DNA of 64,000 bases from an uncultured Actinomycetes bacterium (GTDB lineage Bacteria > Actinomycetota > Thermoleophilia > Gaiellales > Gaiellaceae): NCBI GenBank assembly GCA_963708685.1, contig CAVPTP010000012.1:650-64649 (forward strand), in the 5' to 3' direction. Positions 40,371-51,131 of the stretch are shown here, piece by piece. A program made the position numbers and the translations under genes. The notes below the pieces were generated by a model. It did not search any database. It saw only the letters and a program-made list of their open reading frames with translations, and was not told the DNA's origin. The number at the start of each line of letters is the position of its first letter. Position 1 is the first letter of the stretch.

Positions 40371-41452
40371 CAGCGAATTGTCGCGGCGGCGGCGGCGATC
40401 CGCTCCGGCGGGGTCGGATGCGTGAACAGCAGCGCGTAGACGAGACGCGGCGGGTCGAGGTCCGCGAGGTTCGCGGTGGCGAGCCTGCGGAACGCGGCTT
40501 CGAAGGCGCCCGGGTCGCGCGTGAGCTCGAGCGCGAAGCGATCCGCGCGACGCTCGGCCCGGCGCGAGAAGGCGGCGGTCAGCGGCAGCGTCACGAGCTC
40601 CAGCAGTCCCCAGACGAACAGCAGGACCGGAATCCGGCGCGGCGTCGGGTCGAGCGGCCACACGACGAGCACTCCGAGCGCGAAGCTCGCCATCACGAGC
40701 AGCGTCCCCTTCGCGACGTCGCGGTGGCGCCGGTGCCCGAGCTCGTGCGCGACGACGACCTCGATCTCGGGCTGTTCCGCGTCGGCGACCAGCGTGTCGT
40801 AGAGGACGACGCGCCGGGTGCGGCCGAGCCCGGAGACGTAGGCGTTGTGCTTGCGCGTCCGACGGCTCGCGTCGGCGACGAGGACCTCGCGCACGGGAAC
40901 GCGCGCGCGGCTCGCGAGCGTGAGCAAGCCGTCGGCGAGGTCGCCGCGCTCCAGCGGCGCGAACGTGTTGAACAGCGGCTCGAGCACGAGCGGCGCGACG
41001 AACACGAGCAGCAGCGCGATCAGAGCCGCCCCGCTCGCGGCGACGAGAGGCCACCACGACGGGAACACGTGGATCGACCCGAGCAGCGCGACCATCGCCG
41101 CGGCCGTGAGCACCGCGCCGATCGCAAACCCCTTGGCACGATCGCTCGCCCAGCCTCGCCCGGTCTGGGTCGAGAACCCCCAGCGGCGCTCACGCACGAA
41201 GCCGCGCCAGAACGAAAGCGGCAGTCGCACGACCTCGAGAACGGCCAGCACGAGCACCGTGAACAGGACGGCGCGGGCCCACCACGGGCCGCGCGTCAGC
41301 GCGTACAGCCGGTCGCCGAGCCAACCGAACGCCAGCCACGCCGTCACAAGAGTCGACAGCGCGATGTCTGCGGCCAGAGCGAGGTAGAGCGGCCGGTGAT
41401 ACGACCGGGCCCGGGCCACCTCGTCGGGAGTGAAGAAAACCGTCGGATCCAA
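40370..41452 (-). CDS. M48 family (Ste24/HtpX-like) zinc metalloprotease
   Basis: Multi-TM N-terminal part; NAYVSGLG, VVAHELGHRRHRD (HExxH), FTHPTPPERI. TTG start. Confidence 0.87.
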   Translation of the reverse strand: MDPTVFFTPDEVARARSYHRPLYLALAADIALSTLVTAWLAFGWLGDRLYALTRGPWWARAVLFTVLVLAVLEVVRLPLSFWRGFVRERRWGFSTQTGRGWASDRAKGFAIGAVLTAAAMVALLGSIHVFPSWWPLVAASGAALIALLLVFVAPLVLEPLFNTFAPLERGDLADGLLTLASRARVPVREVLVADASRRTRKHNAYVSGLGRTRRVVLYDTLVADAEQPEIEVVVAHELGHRRHRDVAKGTLLVMASFALGVLVVWPLDPTPRRIPVLLFVWGLLELVTLPLTAAFSRRAERRADRFALELTRDPGAFEAAFRRLATANLADLDPPRLVYALLFTHPTPPERIAAAAATIR

Positions 41453-41484
41453 GGAATTCGTACGTCGAGATTAGTGACCCCCTC

Positions 41485-41490
41485 TAGACT
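41485..41490 (+). promoter_or_regulatory. -10-like hexamer placed for a leaderless transcript of the FtsH-like gene
   Basis: TAGACT (TAnnnT) ends 6 nt before ATG 41497. No SD-like purine run lies in between. Confidence 0.3.
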
Positions 41491-41496
41491 TCATCC

Positions 41497-43906
41497 ATGA
41501 CGGACCCGCGCTCTCTCGCGCTGCCGGCCCAGGAAGAGTCGACCCTGCTCGCGCAGCAGTGGCGGACGCTCGCACGGGCCGCGACGTTCGTCGCCATCCT
41601 CACGAGCCCGGCGGCGTTCGTCTGGTTCCACAAGCACCAGGGCTGGAGCATCGGCTGGTCGATCCTCGCCACGATTACGACCGTCGCGGCGTTCCGCGGC
41701 CTGATCGACCTCGTCCTGCGCCGCTTCATCCCGTGGCCGAGCCTGTTCGGCACCGACGACGCGCGGCTCAAGGAGGAGGACGTCGTCAACCGCCGCCGCG
41801 CGTGGTTCTGGCGCTTCTGGTACCGGCTCGCCTGGCTCGGCGTGATCGTGGTCACGCTCGTCTACTTCGTGAAGGTTCTGAAGCACGGAACCGACGACAC
41901 GAGCTGGCTCGGGACGGCGAAGAGCATGGTCGGCAGCGCCTTCGACGCGATCGGCACCGGATCGCTCTGGATGCAGCTCCTCTTCTTCGGGTTCCTCTTC
42001 ATCGGCAACTTCATGATCTTCATGGGGCCGCTCGTGCTGATGGGCATCAGCCAGATCCGCGGCTTCGAGCCCGGCGACGCCGAGTGGGGCGTCAAGCTCG
42101 ACGACGTCCGCGGCCAGAAGGAGGCTAAGGAGGAGATCCGCCGCGTCGTCTCGCTCTGGCAGTCCGGCGAGCACTTCGAGGCAGCGGGCGGCAAGCGCGA
42201 GCGAGGCGTGCTCTTCCTCGGCGCGCCGGGAACCGGCAAGACGATGCTGGCGAAGGCGATCGCGACCGGATTCAACTCGCCGTTCGTCACGATCCCCGGT
42301 TCGGGCTTCGCGCAGACGTTCATCGGCATCGACGTGCTGATCGTGCGGTTCCTCGCGCGCAAGGCGAAGAAGCTCGCGGCCAAATGGGGCGGCCAGTGCA
42401 TCGTCTTCATCGACGAGATCGACGCCGTCGGCCGGCGGCGCGCGGGGCTCCAGTCGACCCCGTCGCCGTCGCTCGAGGACTACCTGTTCTTCGGGCCGAA
42501 CGGAGCGCTGAACCCGACCGGCGACATGATCCTCGAGACGCGGGCCTGGCGCGAGCGGCTCTTCTCTCAGCGGGCTCCCGAGCCCAGGTCGCCGTATCCG
42601 GGCTGGGCGAACCGCGTCGGCTCGATCGTGAACCAGGCAGTCCCCGGCGGGATGTTCGGCGGCGGAGGCCAGATGGCGCTCAACCAGCTGCTCATCATCA
42701 TGGACGGCATCGACAACCCGCCGCTGACCAAGCGCGTCTTCACGAACAAGCTCAACCAGATCCTCGACGCCTCCTATGTCATCCCGCGCCGCATCGGCTC
42801 GAGGTCGCTGCGTCTGCCGCGCGCCAAGCCGCGCGGCGACCAGATCTACTTCATCGGCGCGACCAACATCCCGATCGACCAGCTCGACCCGGCGCTGACG
42901 CGCCCGGGGCGCATGGGACGCCACGTCTGGTTTCGCACGCCGACGAAGCAGGATCGCCTCGACATCTTCGACCTCTACCTCTCGAAGGTCGCGCACGATC
43001 CCGATCTCGACCGGCCGGAGCGGCGTGACGAGATCGCGCGCATCACGTCGGGCTACTCGCCGGCGATGATCGAGCAGGTTTGCTCGCTCGCGCTCACGTA
43101 CGCGCATCACGAAGGCAAGGTGGCGTTCGAGTGGCCGCAGCTCGTCGAGGGGATGGTCACGCTCGAGTCGGGAACCGCGATCGGCGTCAACTACGTCCCC
43201 GGCGAGACCCGCGCGGTCGCCATCCACGAAGCCGGGCCACGCCGTCGCAGGGCACGTCTACATGCAGGGCCGCGAGTCCGTCCGCGTCTCGATTCGGATG
43301 CGCGGCAGCTCGCTCGGCCACCATCAGGCACTCGAGAAGGAGGAGCGCTTCAGCCGCTTCCGCAGCGAGGAGATCGGCCTGATCATCTGGGGCCTCGGGG
43401 CGATGGCAGCCGAGCGCGTCTTCTTCGGCGAGACGTCGAACGGAGTCGGCGGCGACCTTCAGACCGTGACCGCGGCCGCAGCGTGGATGGTCGGCGCCTC
43501 CGGGATGGGGCCGGAGCACGTCGAGCTGAACGGCTTCCGCCACAACGGCCAGCCGCGGAGGCGCCAACCGGCGGAGCAGCAGCGCGCGGAGATCATGCGC
43601 CGCTTCGAGGAGATCGGCATCCACATCATGAACCGCGCCAGCTCGGGCGACGGGGGACACAGCCCGATCGGCGCCGTCCTCGCCGATCGCGACAAGCGGC
43701 GGATGGTTGCTCAGATCATCGGCCAGGCATACATGAAGGCGCACCACCTGATGCTCTTCAACAAGGACAAGGTCGAGCACATCGCCAACGTCGTGATCGA
43801 GAAGAAGGAGATCTACGGGGACGAGCTCGTGCGCCTGCTCAACGGGGCGAACCTGCAGATCCCGCGCGTCGACCTGACCGACGACAAGGTCTGGCCGGTC
43901 CTGTGA
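41497..43906 (+). pseudogene. divergent FtsH-like AAA+ zinc metalloprotease; frame break near 43237 (extra c)
   Basis: About 4 N-terminal TM segments. GAPGTGKT, CIVFIDEIDAVG, GATNIPIDQLDPALTRPGRMGRH, HEAG|HAVAGH. Large inserts lie between Walker B and the second region of homology. Confidence 0.82.
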
Positions 43907-44643
43907 ACGTCGCGCGTCGCTTCCGCCTCGCCTACTTCGGCCTCGCCGCGCTCTTCGGCGTGGCTGTCGGAGCATTCATCGTCGTGGTGGAGCGGCCCGC
44001 GCCCACGCCGCCGCCGCCGTGGTCGGCGTGGCAGCCGTCGGCGCCGGATCCGGGCATTCGGCAGGCGCAGATCGCCCAGCACGTCGAGGTGCAGTACCAC
44101 CTCCCGAGCGGCAAGCGGCTCGTCGACGTACGCGCGGGCGGCCCCGGACCGGCCTCGAACCCGATTCAGCTCGTCGCGATCTCGCGCACGCTCACTCCGC
44201 AGCAGAAGAGCGACGTCCTGACGACGTTCAACACCGAGAAGACGGCCATGTTCATCCTCTGCGGCGACGGACCCAACTGCTCGATCGGAGAGGGGAAGCC
44301 GTCCGTCGCGCGCGCGAAGGTCCTCGGCCGCGAGGCACTGGAGCTCGCGCTGTACACGCTGCGCTACATCTCCGAGGCCGACTCCGTCGTCGCCTTCTTC
44401 CCGCCGGCGCAGGGGCAGCAGCCGTCGCGCGTGCTGCTCTTCACGAAGGACGCGCTCTCGAGCCAGCTGCACGACCCGCTCCGGCGGACCCTGCCGCGCG
44501 CGAAGCCTCCGCTTCCGGGGAAGATCTCGCCGGCCGAGCTGAAGGTCGTGGACTCGCTGACCGGCCCACGCGTCTTCAAGTTCCGCGTCGAGCAGGGCCA
44601 GAGCGGCGCGCGCGTGCTCGTGCTCGTGCCCGAGAGCGCCTAG
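43903..44643 (+). CDS. membrane-anchored hypothetical protein, translationally coupled to the FtsH-like gene
   Basis: GTGA overlap with the upstream stop. N-terminal TM segment FRLAYFGLAALFGVAVGAFIVVV, then a 210-aa soluble domain. No family recognised. Confidence 0.65.
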   Translation: MNVARRFRLAYFGLAALFGVAVGAFIVVVERPAPTPPPPWSAWQPSAPDPGIRQAQIAQHVEVQYHLPSGKRLVDVRAGGPGPASNPIQLVAISRTLTPQQKSDVLTTFNTEKTAMFILCGDGPNCSIGEGKPSVARAKVLGREALELALYTLRYISEADSVVAFFPPAQGQQPSRVLLFTKDALSSQLHDPLRRTLPRAKPPLPGKISPAELKVVDSLTGPRVFKFRVEQGQSGARVLVLVPESA

Positions 44644-44654
44644 CTCTACAGCCG

Positions 44655-44685
44655 GCTGGGCGCCCGGCCGCACCTGGCGCCCAGC
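44655..44685 (+). terminator. perfect hairpin (10-bp arms, 11-nt loop) after the FtsH-partner operon
   Basis: gctgggcgcc-cggccgcacct-ggcgcccagc starts 12 nt after the TAG. No U-tract follows. Confidence 0.35.
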
Positions 44686-44724
44686 GCTCAGATCGACTCG
44701 GACCGCCGCTACAGTGGCTGCGCG

Positions 44725-46210
44725 GTGAGCCTCGGACGCGTCGTCTGTCCGGTCGTCTGCCTGCTCGCGCTGGTCGTTGCGGACGCGTCCGCGGCGGCTC
44801 CGAGCGGGCCTTTCGCGACCGCAGTAGTCGATCCCGAGAGCTTCGCCGGACAGCGCGCGCCGGCGGCGTTTCGCCGCGTGCACGAGGCCGGCGCGACGTA
44901 TGCCCGGCTCGCGCTCTACTGGTCCAACGTCGCGCCGAGCTCGAAGACGAAGCCGGACAGGCTTCAACGCCGCGAATCCTCTCGATCCGCACTACCGCTG
45001 GGGACGGTTCGACCGGCAGGTGAAGGCCGCCGTCGCCGCGGGACTGCAGCCGATCGTCAGCGTGTCGGGCGCGCCGCTCTGGGCGGAGCCGCCCGGACGC
45101 GAGCAGTCCCGGCGGCGTGAAGCCGGACCCGACGGAGTACCGGCTCTTCGCCCGCGCCGCCGCCGGACGCTACAACGGGCGGCACGCCGGCCTCCCGCGC
45201 GTGCGCTTCTGGCAGGCCTGGAACGAGCCGAACCTCAGCCTCTTCCTCATCCCGCAGTTCGAGAACGGGAAGCCGTTCGCGCCGCAGTGGTACCGCCGGA
45301 TGGTGAACGCGTTCGCCGACGGCGTGTACGGCGCGCGCGGCGACAACGTCGTGATCGCCGGCGGCACGGCGCCGTTCCGCGACAGCACGCAGAGCGTCGT
45401 CGCCGTCGACGACGACTGGGGCCCGCTCTCGTTCATGCGCGAGCTTCTCTGCCTCTCCCCCTCGCTGAAGCCGACCTGCTCCGACCCGATCCGCTTCGAC
45501 GTGTGGGGACACGACCCGTACACGTCCGGCGGGCCGTCGCACCACGCGGTGCTCCCGAACGACGTCTCGCTCGGCGACCTGCCCGAGATGCGCCGCGTGT
45601 TGAACGCCGGCATCCGCACCGGCCACGTCATCTCGCGCGCGCCGGTTCAGTTCTGGGTGATGGAGTTCAGCTGGGACACGAAGCCCGCGGATCCGAAGGG
45701 CGTGCCCATGCCGCTTGCCACGCGCTGGGTCGCCGAGGCGCTCTACCGGATGTGGCTGAACGGCGTCAGCGTCGTCACGTGGTTCACCCTGCGCGACCAG
45801 CCGCCGGCGAAGAGCTTCTACCAGTCGGGCCTCTACTTCAATCGCGGAATCGACCTGAGGAACGACAAGCCGAAGCCGACCCTCCAGGCGTTCCGCTTCC
45901 CGTTCGTCGCGTTCCCGTCGCGCGGCCGCGTGCTCGTCTGGGGACGAACGCCCGCCGGGCAAGCCGGCGACGGTGAGCGTCGAGCAGAAGTCCGCGGGCA
46001 GCGGCTGGCGCAGGCTCGGCCTGATGCGGACGAACGCCTACGGGATCTTCCAGCAGCGGCTCGCCGGGCTCGTCGAAGGGCTACGTCCGCGCGCGCATCG
46101 TCGGCCCACATCCGGCCTCGGCGGTTCCGTTCTCGCTCGCGCGCGTGCCCGATCGATTCTTCAATCCGTTCGGTCAGGCGACGCTGCTCGAGCCGAAGTC
46201 GCGGAAGTAG
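44725..46210 (+). pseudogene. secreted clan GH-A (TIM-barrel) glycoside hydrolase-like protein; about 4 frame breaks (near 44955, 45112, 45965, 46078)
   Basis: Signal peptide VVCLLALVVADASAA. RFWQAWNEPN (acid/base NEP), QFWVMEFSW (nucleophile-like E). C-terminal tail ...FFNPFGQATLLEPKSRK*. Confidence 0.72.
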
Positions 46211-47565
46211 CGTCCGCGCTGGGCCGGGCGCGGATCCTGATCGTCTCGATCGACCACGTCGGTCGCTCGATGGCGGGACCGGGAATCCGCGCGTACCGGT
46301 TTGCGAAGGAGCTCGCGCGCGACAACGACGTCACGCTTGCGGTGCCGTTCGCGACCGACCTCGACGTCGCAGCGGACGGAATCGAGCTCGTCCAGATCCG
46401 TCCCGACGACGACACCGGCTTGACGGCGCTCGTGAACGGGTTCGACACCGTGGTCGCCCAGCAGCTGCCGGTGCTGACGATGCACCACCTCGCGAAGACG
46501 ACGACGCGAACCGTCTACGACCTCTACGCCCCCGTGACGGTCGAGCAGCTCGCGCTCGACTCGCACCGCGACCGTTCCCGCCGCAACGATCTCTGGTTCC
46601 GGAGGAACAGTCTCGTGCAGGAGGTCGTCCTCCGCACCGGCGATGCCTTCATCTGCGCGAGCGAGCGCCAGCGCGACCTCTGGCTCGGCGCACTCGCCGC
46701 GGTCGGCCGCATCGACCAGGATCGCTACGCCGGCGATCCCGCCCTGCGGAACCTGATCGACGTCGTGCCGTTCGGCATCGAGCCGGAGCCGCCCGTTCCC
46801 GGCGCGCCCGCGGTCAAGGGCGTCGTCCCGGGGATCGGCGAAGACGACAGGCTGCTCCTCTGGTCGGGCGGGATCTGGGACTGGTTCGACCCGCTGACGG
46901 TGATCCGCGCGGTGCACGAGCTCGCGCAGCGTCGCGACGACGTGCGCCTCTATTTCCTCGGGCTCAAGCACCCGAACCCGGAGATCGGCGAGATGACGAT
47001 GGCCGCGCGCGCCGTGCGCCTCTCGGAGGAGCTCGGTCTCCGCGACCGCGTCGTCTTCTTCAACTTCGGTTGGGTGCCGTACGAGGAGCGCGGGCGGTAC
47101 CTGCTCGAAGCCGATCTCGCGGTGTCGGCGCACTTCGACGATCTCGAGACGCGCTTCGCTTTCAGGACGCGCATGCTCGACTGCTTCTGGGCCGGCCTGC
47201 CCGTCGTCACCACGCGAGGCGATTCGCTGAGCGAGCTCGTGGCCGAGCGCGGGCTCGGACGCGTGGTCGATTTCGAGGACGTCCAGGCCTGGGTGTCGGC
47301 GATCGAGGCGCTGCTCGACGACGAGGACGCTCGCTCGACGGCGAGCGAGAACGCTGCATCCGTGCGGGAAGAGCTCGCCTGGCCTCGCGTCGTCGCGACG
47401 CTCGCGCGCCTCGCGGCCTTGCCGGGCACCCCCGCCCCGCGCTCGCCGCGGCTTCGCCTGGCGGTGCTGGAGTACCTCCGTGTCCGCACGCAGCTCTCGA
47501 TGCTGCGGCGCGGCCCGCTCGGCACGGCGCGAAGGATCCTCCGCCGCCTGACCGGACACAGTTAG
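46207..47565 (+). CDS. glycosyltransferase family 4; start codon unresolved
   Basis: ARILIVSIDHVGRSMAGPGIRAYRFAKELA..., LLWSGGIWDWFDP, FNFGWVPYEERGRYLLEADLAVSAH...WAGLPVVTTRGDSLSELV. The codon at 46207 is GTA. The first canonical in-frame start, ATG 46270, would remove the conserved first strand. Confidence 0.8.
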   Translation, partial: VASALGRARILIVSIDHVGRSMAGPGIRAYRFAKELARDNDVTLAVPFATDLDVAADGIELVQIRPDDDTGLTALVNGFDTVVAQQLPVLTMHHLAKTTTRTVYDLYAPVTVEQLALDSHRDRSRRNDLWFRRNSLVQEVVLRTGDAFICASERQRDLWLGALAAVGRIDQDRYAGDPALRNLIDVVPFGIEPEPPVPGAPAVKGVVPGIGEDDRLLLWSGGIWDWFDPLTVIRAVHELAQRRDDVRLYFLGLKHPNPEIGEMTMAARAVRLSEELGLRDRVVFFNFGWVPYEERGRYLLEADLAVSAHFDDLETRFAFRTRMLDCFWAGLPVVTTRGDSLSELVAERGLGRVVDFEDVQAWVSAIEALLDDEDARSTASENAASVREELAWPRVVATLARLAALPGTPAPRSPRLRLAVLEYLRVRTQLSMLRRGPLGTARRILRRLTGHS

Positions 47566-47574
47566 TTTCCGGCG

Positions 47575-48417
47575 ATGAGTGCCGCGGTAGAGCAGTCCGA
47601 ACGGCGCAGCCTCTCCAACAGCCTCGCCCACCAGGCACGCGTCATCCGCGTGCTCGCTGCCGCCGAGTTCAAGCTGAAGTACCGGGAGTCGGTGCTCGGC
47701 TACCTCTGGTCGCTGCTCAAGCCGCTCGCGCTCTTCTCGATCCTCTACGTCGTCTTCGGCCACTTCTTCAAGCTCCGCGGCGGCCTCGAGAACTACCCGA
47801 TCTACCTGCTGATCGGAATCGTGCTCTGGACGTTCTTCCTCGATGCGACCACGACGACGATGGTCTCGCTCGTCGTGAAAGGCCCGCTGCTCCGCAAGAT
47901 GTACTTCCCGCGCCTCATCGTCCCCGTCTCGACCACGGCGGCCGCGGCGATGACCTTCGGGATCAACCTGCTCGCAGTCGCAGCGTTCATCGCGTGGAAC
48001 CGGATCGTCCCGCAGGTCGACTGGCTCCTCATCCCGCTGCTCCTGCTCGAGCTCTACCTCTTCGCGTTCGGGGTCGCGATCATCCTCTCGACGCTGTACG
48101 TCCGCTTTCGCGACATGGCACCCATCTGGGAAGTCGTCGCGCAGGTGCTCTTCTACGCGACGCCGATCATCTATCCGCTCACGCTCGTGCCGTACCACTG
48201 GGTGCGCGTGCTCCAGATGCTGAACCCGTTCGGGCAGGTGGTCGAGGACGTGCGGGCGCTCGTGCTCTACGACAACCCGCCGGGCTCGATCCTCACCGCC
48301 ACGGACGTGCTCGGGCCGGGCGGACGGCTGTACTCGATCGCGATCATGCTCGTCTTCTTCGTCGGCGGGCTGCTGCTCTTCCGGCGCGACGAGCCGAGCC
48401 TCGCCGAGAGGGTGTGA
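47575..48417 (+). CDS. ABC-2 type polysaccharide/teichoic-acid export permease (Wzm/TagG-like)
   Basis: EFKLKYRESVLGYLWSLLKPL, six TM segments, YFPRLIVP, LNPF. Confidence 0.88.
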   Translation: MSAAVEQSERRSLSNSLAHQARVIRVLAAAEFKLKYRESVLGYLWSLLKPLALFSILYVVFGHFFKLRGGLENYPIYLLIGIVLWTFFLDATTTTMVSLVVKGPLLRKMYFPRLIVPVSTTAAAAMTFGINLLAVAAFIAWNRIVPQVDWLLIPLLLLELYLFAFGVAIILSTLYVRFRDMAPIWEVVAQVLFYATPIIYPLTLVPYHWVRVLQMLNPFGQVVEDVRALVLYDNPPGSILTATDVLGPGGRLYSIAIMLVFFVGGLLLFRRDEPSLAERV

Positions 48418-48419
48418 CG

Positions 48420-49169
48420 ATGCGCGCCGCCGACGGCATCGCGATCGAGACGGTGGACCTCCACAAGGATTTCAGGCTTCCGCACGATCAGCGGACGACG
48501 TTCAAGGAGCACTTCCTCCACCCGCTCAAGCGGACGCAGTACGACGCCAACACGGCGCTCGCCGGAGTCTCGTTCACCGTCGGAGCGGGTGAGTTCTTCG
48601 GCGTGATCGGCCCGAACGGCAGCGGCAAGAGCACGCTGCTGAAGATCCTCGCCCGCATCTACCAGCCGACCTCGGGGCACCTGCGCGTCAGCGGCGCTCT
48701 CTCGCCGTTCATCGAGCTGGGCGTCGGCTTCAACCCCGACCTGAACGCGCGTGACAACGTCTGGATCAACGGCACGCTGCTCGGGCTCACCCGCAAGCAG
48801 CTTCGGCAGCGGTTCGACGACATCATCGAGTTCGCGGAGCTCGAGCGGTTCGTCGACCTGAAGCTGAAGAACTACTCGTCGGGCATGCAGCTCAGGCTCG
48901 CGTACTCGATCGCCATCCAGGTGCCGTTCGACATCCTGCTGCTCGACGAGGTGCTCGCCGTCGGAGACCTCGGCTTCCAGCAGAAGTGCTTCGCGACGTT
49001 CGAGCGGATGCGGGACGAAGGGAAGACGCTCGTCTTCGTCAGCCACGACCTGGAGGCGGTCGCGCAGTACTGCGACCGGACGCTGCTCCTCGAGAACGGC
49101 GTCGCCCGCGCGATCGGGCCGACCGACGAGGTCATCGATCTCTACCGCGTGCGCGAGATGGTGCAGTGA
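48420..49169 (+). CDS. ABC transporter ATP-binding protein (Wzt/TagH-like, short form)
   Basis: GVIGPNGSGKSTLLK, YSSGMQLRLAY, ILLLDEVLAVGD, SHD. Confidence 0.9.
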   Translation: MRAADGIAIETVDLHKDFRLPHDQRTTFKEHFLHPLKRTQYDANTALAGVSFTVGAGEFFGVIGPNGSGKSTLLKILARIYQPTSGHLRVSGALSPFIELGVGFNPDLNARDNVWINGTLLGLTRKQLRQRFDDIIEFAELERFVDLKLKNYSSGMQLRLAYSIAIQVPFDILLLDEVLAVGDLGFQQKCFATFERMRDEGKTLVFVSHDLEAVAQYCDRTLLLENGVARAIGPTDEVIDLYRVREMVQ

Positions 49170-50203
49170 GCAGCGCGACGAACGGGAAGAGCGACCTGCT
49201 CGTCATCTCGCCCAACGCCGGCTCGTCGTTCGTCGAGGCGGACGTACGCGAGCTGCGGAAGCACTTTGCGGTCGACCACCTCGTGTTTCGCGACTGCCAC
49301 GGCAAGCTCGGATTCCTGCGCAGCGTGCGCGAACGACTGGCGTCCGGCGACGGCCGAGCGGTGCTGCTCTGGTTCCTCGCACCTGCGTACTCGCTCGAGA
49401 CGATGGCGCTCGCGCGCGCGTCCGGCAGGCCCGTTGCCGTTGCGGTCGCCGGCCTCGAGGTGGACTACGTTCCGCAGCTCAAGCTCGGTGGGCTCAAGTG
49501 GCCGCACAACCGGCTGCGCCAGCGGATCGGGCTGCGCGCGGCCGATCTCGTCCTCTCGCCGTCGATGTTCCTGACGCACCAGATTCGCCGGCTGGCGACG
49601 CCGCGCAGGCTCGAGACGGTCTACAACGGCGTCGACACCGACCGCTTCTCACCCGGCGGCGCGAAGGAGGATCTCGTCGTGACGGTGTGCTTCGAGATCA
49701 ACCGCGCGACCGCTGCGGTGAAGGGACTGTGGACGCTGCTCGAGGCGGCGCGGTCGCTTCCGGGCGTCTCGTTCGTCGTCGTCGGGCGCGGAGGCAGCGA
49801 CGACACGCTCGCGCGACTTCAAGCTCGCGCACCGGAGAACGTCTCGTTCACCGCGCGCTTCGTCCCCGATGAAGAGCTGATCGAGCTCTACCGTCGCGCG
49901 CGCGTGTACGCCCAGATCTCTGCGCACGAGGCATTCGGCGTGGCAATGGCCGAGTCGATGGCGTGCGGTTGCGTGCCCGTGATCGCGGACGGCCACGCGC
50001 TCGGCGAGATCGCCGGTCCCGTCGCGCTCCACGTGCCCTACAGCTCGGTCGCCGCGACCGCGGTCGCGATCGAGGAGGCACTGTGCGCAGACGACGCCAC
50101 GCGCGACGCGGCTCGCGAGCGCGTCGTCACTCGCTATCCGATCGCGCGGCGCACCGAGCGACTCACCGCATTGCTCCGGCCGCTCATCGCGCGCGCGGGG
50201 TAG
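49166..50203 (+). CDS. glycosyltransferase family 4
   Basis: GTGA overlap with the ABC ATPase gene. YNGVDTDRF, SAHEAFGVAMAESMACGCVPVIADGHALGEI. Confidence 0.85.
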   Translation: MSSATNGKSDLLVISPNAGSSFVEADVRELRKHFAVDHLVFRDCHGKLGFLRSVRERLASGDGRAVLLWFLAPAYSLETMALARASGRPVAVAVAGLEVDYVPQLKLGGLKWPHNRLRQRIGLRAADLVLSPSMFLTHQIRRLATPRRLETVYNGVDTDRFSPGGAKEDLVVTVCFEINRATAAVKGLWTLLEAARSLPGVSFVVVGRGGSDDTLARLQARAPENVSFTARFVPDEELIELYRRARVYAQISAHEAFGVAMAESMACGCVPVIADGHALGEIAGPVALHVPYSSVAATAVAIEEALCADDATRDAARERVVTRYPIARRTERLTALLRPLIARAG

Positions 50204-51117
50204 GCGCCGTTCCGGGCTGGCCCGAGAGCAGCCACTCGTACACCTCGAGCGAAGGCTTCGCGCGGGCGCGGGCGCGCAGGATCTCGGGCAGGTCGCCAAG
50301 GGCACGCGCGAGCGCCGGCGCCACGAGCCGCGGATGCACGGGGAGGCGCAGGAGCTCGCCGGCGAGGACGCGCGCGGCGCCGCGGAGCGGCAGGCACTTC
50401 AGCGCGAACCGGAGCAGGTTGTAGTGCGCCGACGCCACGCGTCGGCGTTGCGCTCCTTCGAGCGAGGTCGCCCTCGCGACGTGGTGGCGAAGGGAAGCCG
50501 CAGGCACGTGAATCGTCGTCCAGCCGCGGAGCCACGCGCGCCAGCACACGTCGATCTCCTCGAACTCCATGAAGAACGTCTCGTCGAAGCCGCCGAGCTC
50601 TACCAGGCGCTCGCGGCGGACGAGCATCGCGGCGCCGTTGGCAAAGACCGTCGGCCCGACGCCGTCCGCGGGCCTCGTCTGGTCGATGCGAAAGCCGGGG
50701 AGCGGCTCGCGGATCAGCGGCCCTCGCACGATCTCCGTCCTTGCGTGGATCACGGCGCGCGTGTCCCAGTCGAGCTGCGTCGGATCGGCCGCGAAGCAGT
50801 TGTCGTCCGGCTCGAGCGCGGACGCGAGCAACTCGACGCAGTCGGGCGCGAACGCGACATCGTTGTTCGCGAGCAGGAGCAGAGGCGTCGTCGCGGCGCG
50901 CGCACCGATGTTGTAGAGCCACCCCACGCCGCGATTCTCGGTCGCGATCACCCTCGCACCGAAGCGCTCCGCGACGCCGACGCCGCCGTCGGTCGAGCCC
51001 GCGTCGACGACGAGGATCTCGGCCGGCGGAAGGGTCTGCTTCCGGAGTGAATCCGAGGCAGTCGGCGAGAACGGTCTCGCCCTGATAGTTCGCGACGACC
51101 GCCGTGACCTCGGGCAC
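50184..51117 (-). pseudogene. glycosyltransferase family 2; frame break near 51054 (gg run)
   Basis: VTAVVANYQGETVLADCL | DSLRKQTLPPAEILVVDAGSTDG...LLLANNDV...GAAMLVRRERL..GGFDETFFMEFEEIDVCWR. The 3' end overlaps the convergent GT4 gene by 20 nt. Confidence 0.82.
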
Positions 51118-51131
51118 GGCGCGGGCCGCGA

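Noticed and set aside
45117-49169. 1350-aa ORF spanning the hydrolase, GT4, permease and ABC ATPase genes.
   Set aside because: It is a composite. Only its first part (GH-A fragment) and last part (ABC ATPase, 48420-49169) are in a meaningful frame. The middle is an open shadow frame across the GT4 and permease genes.
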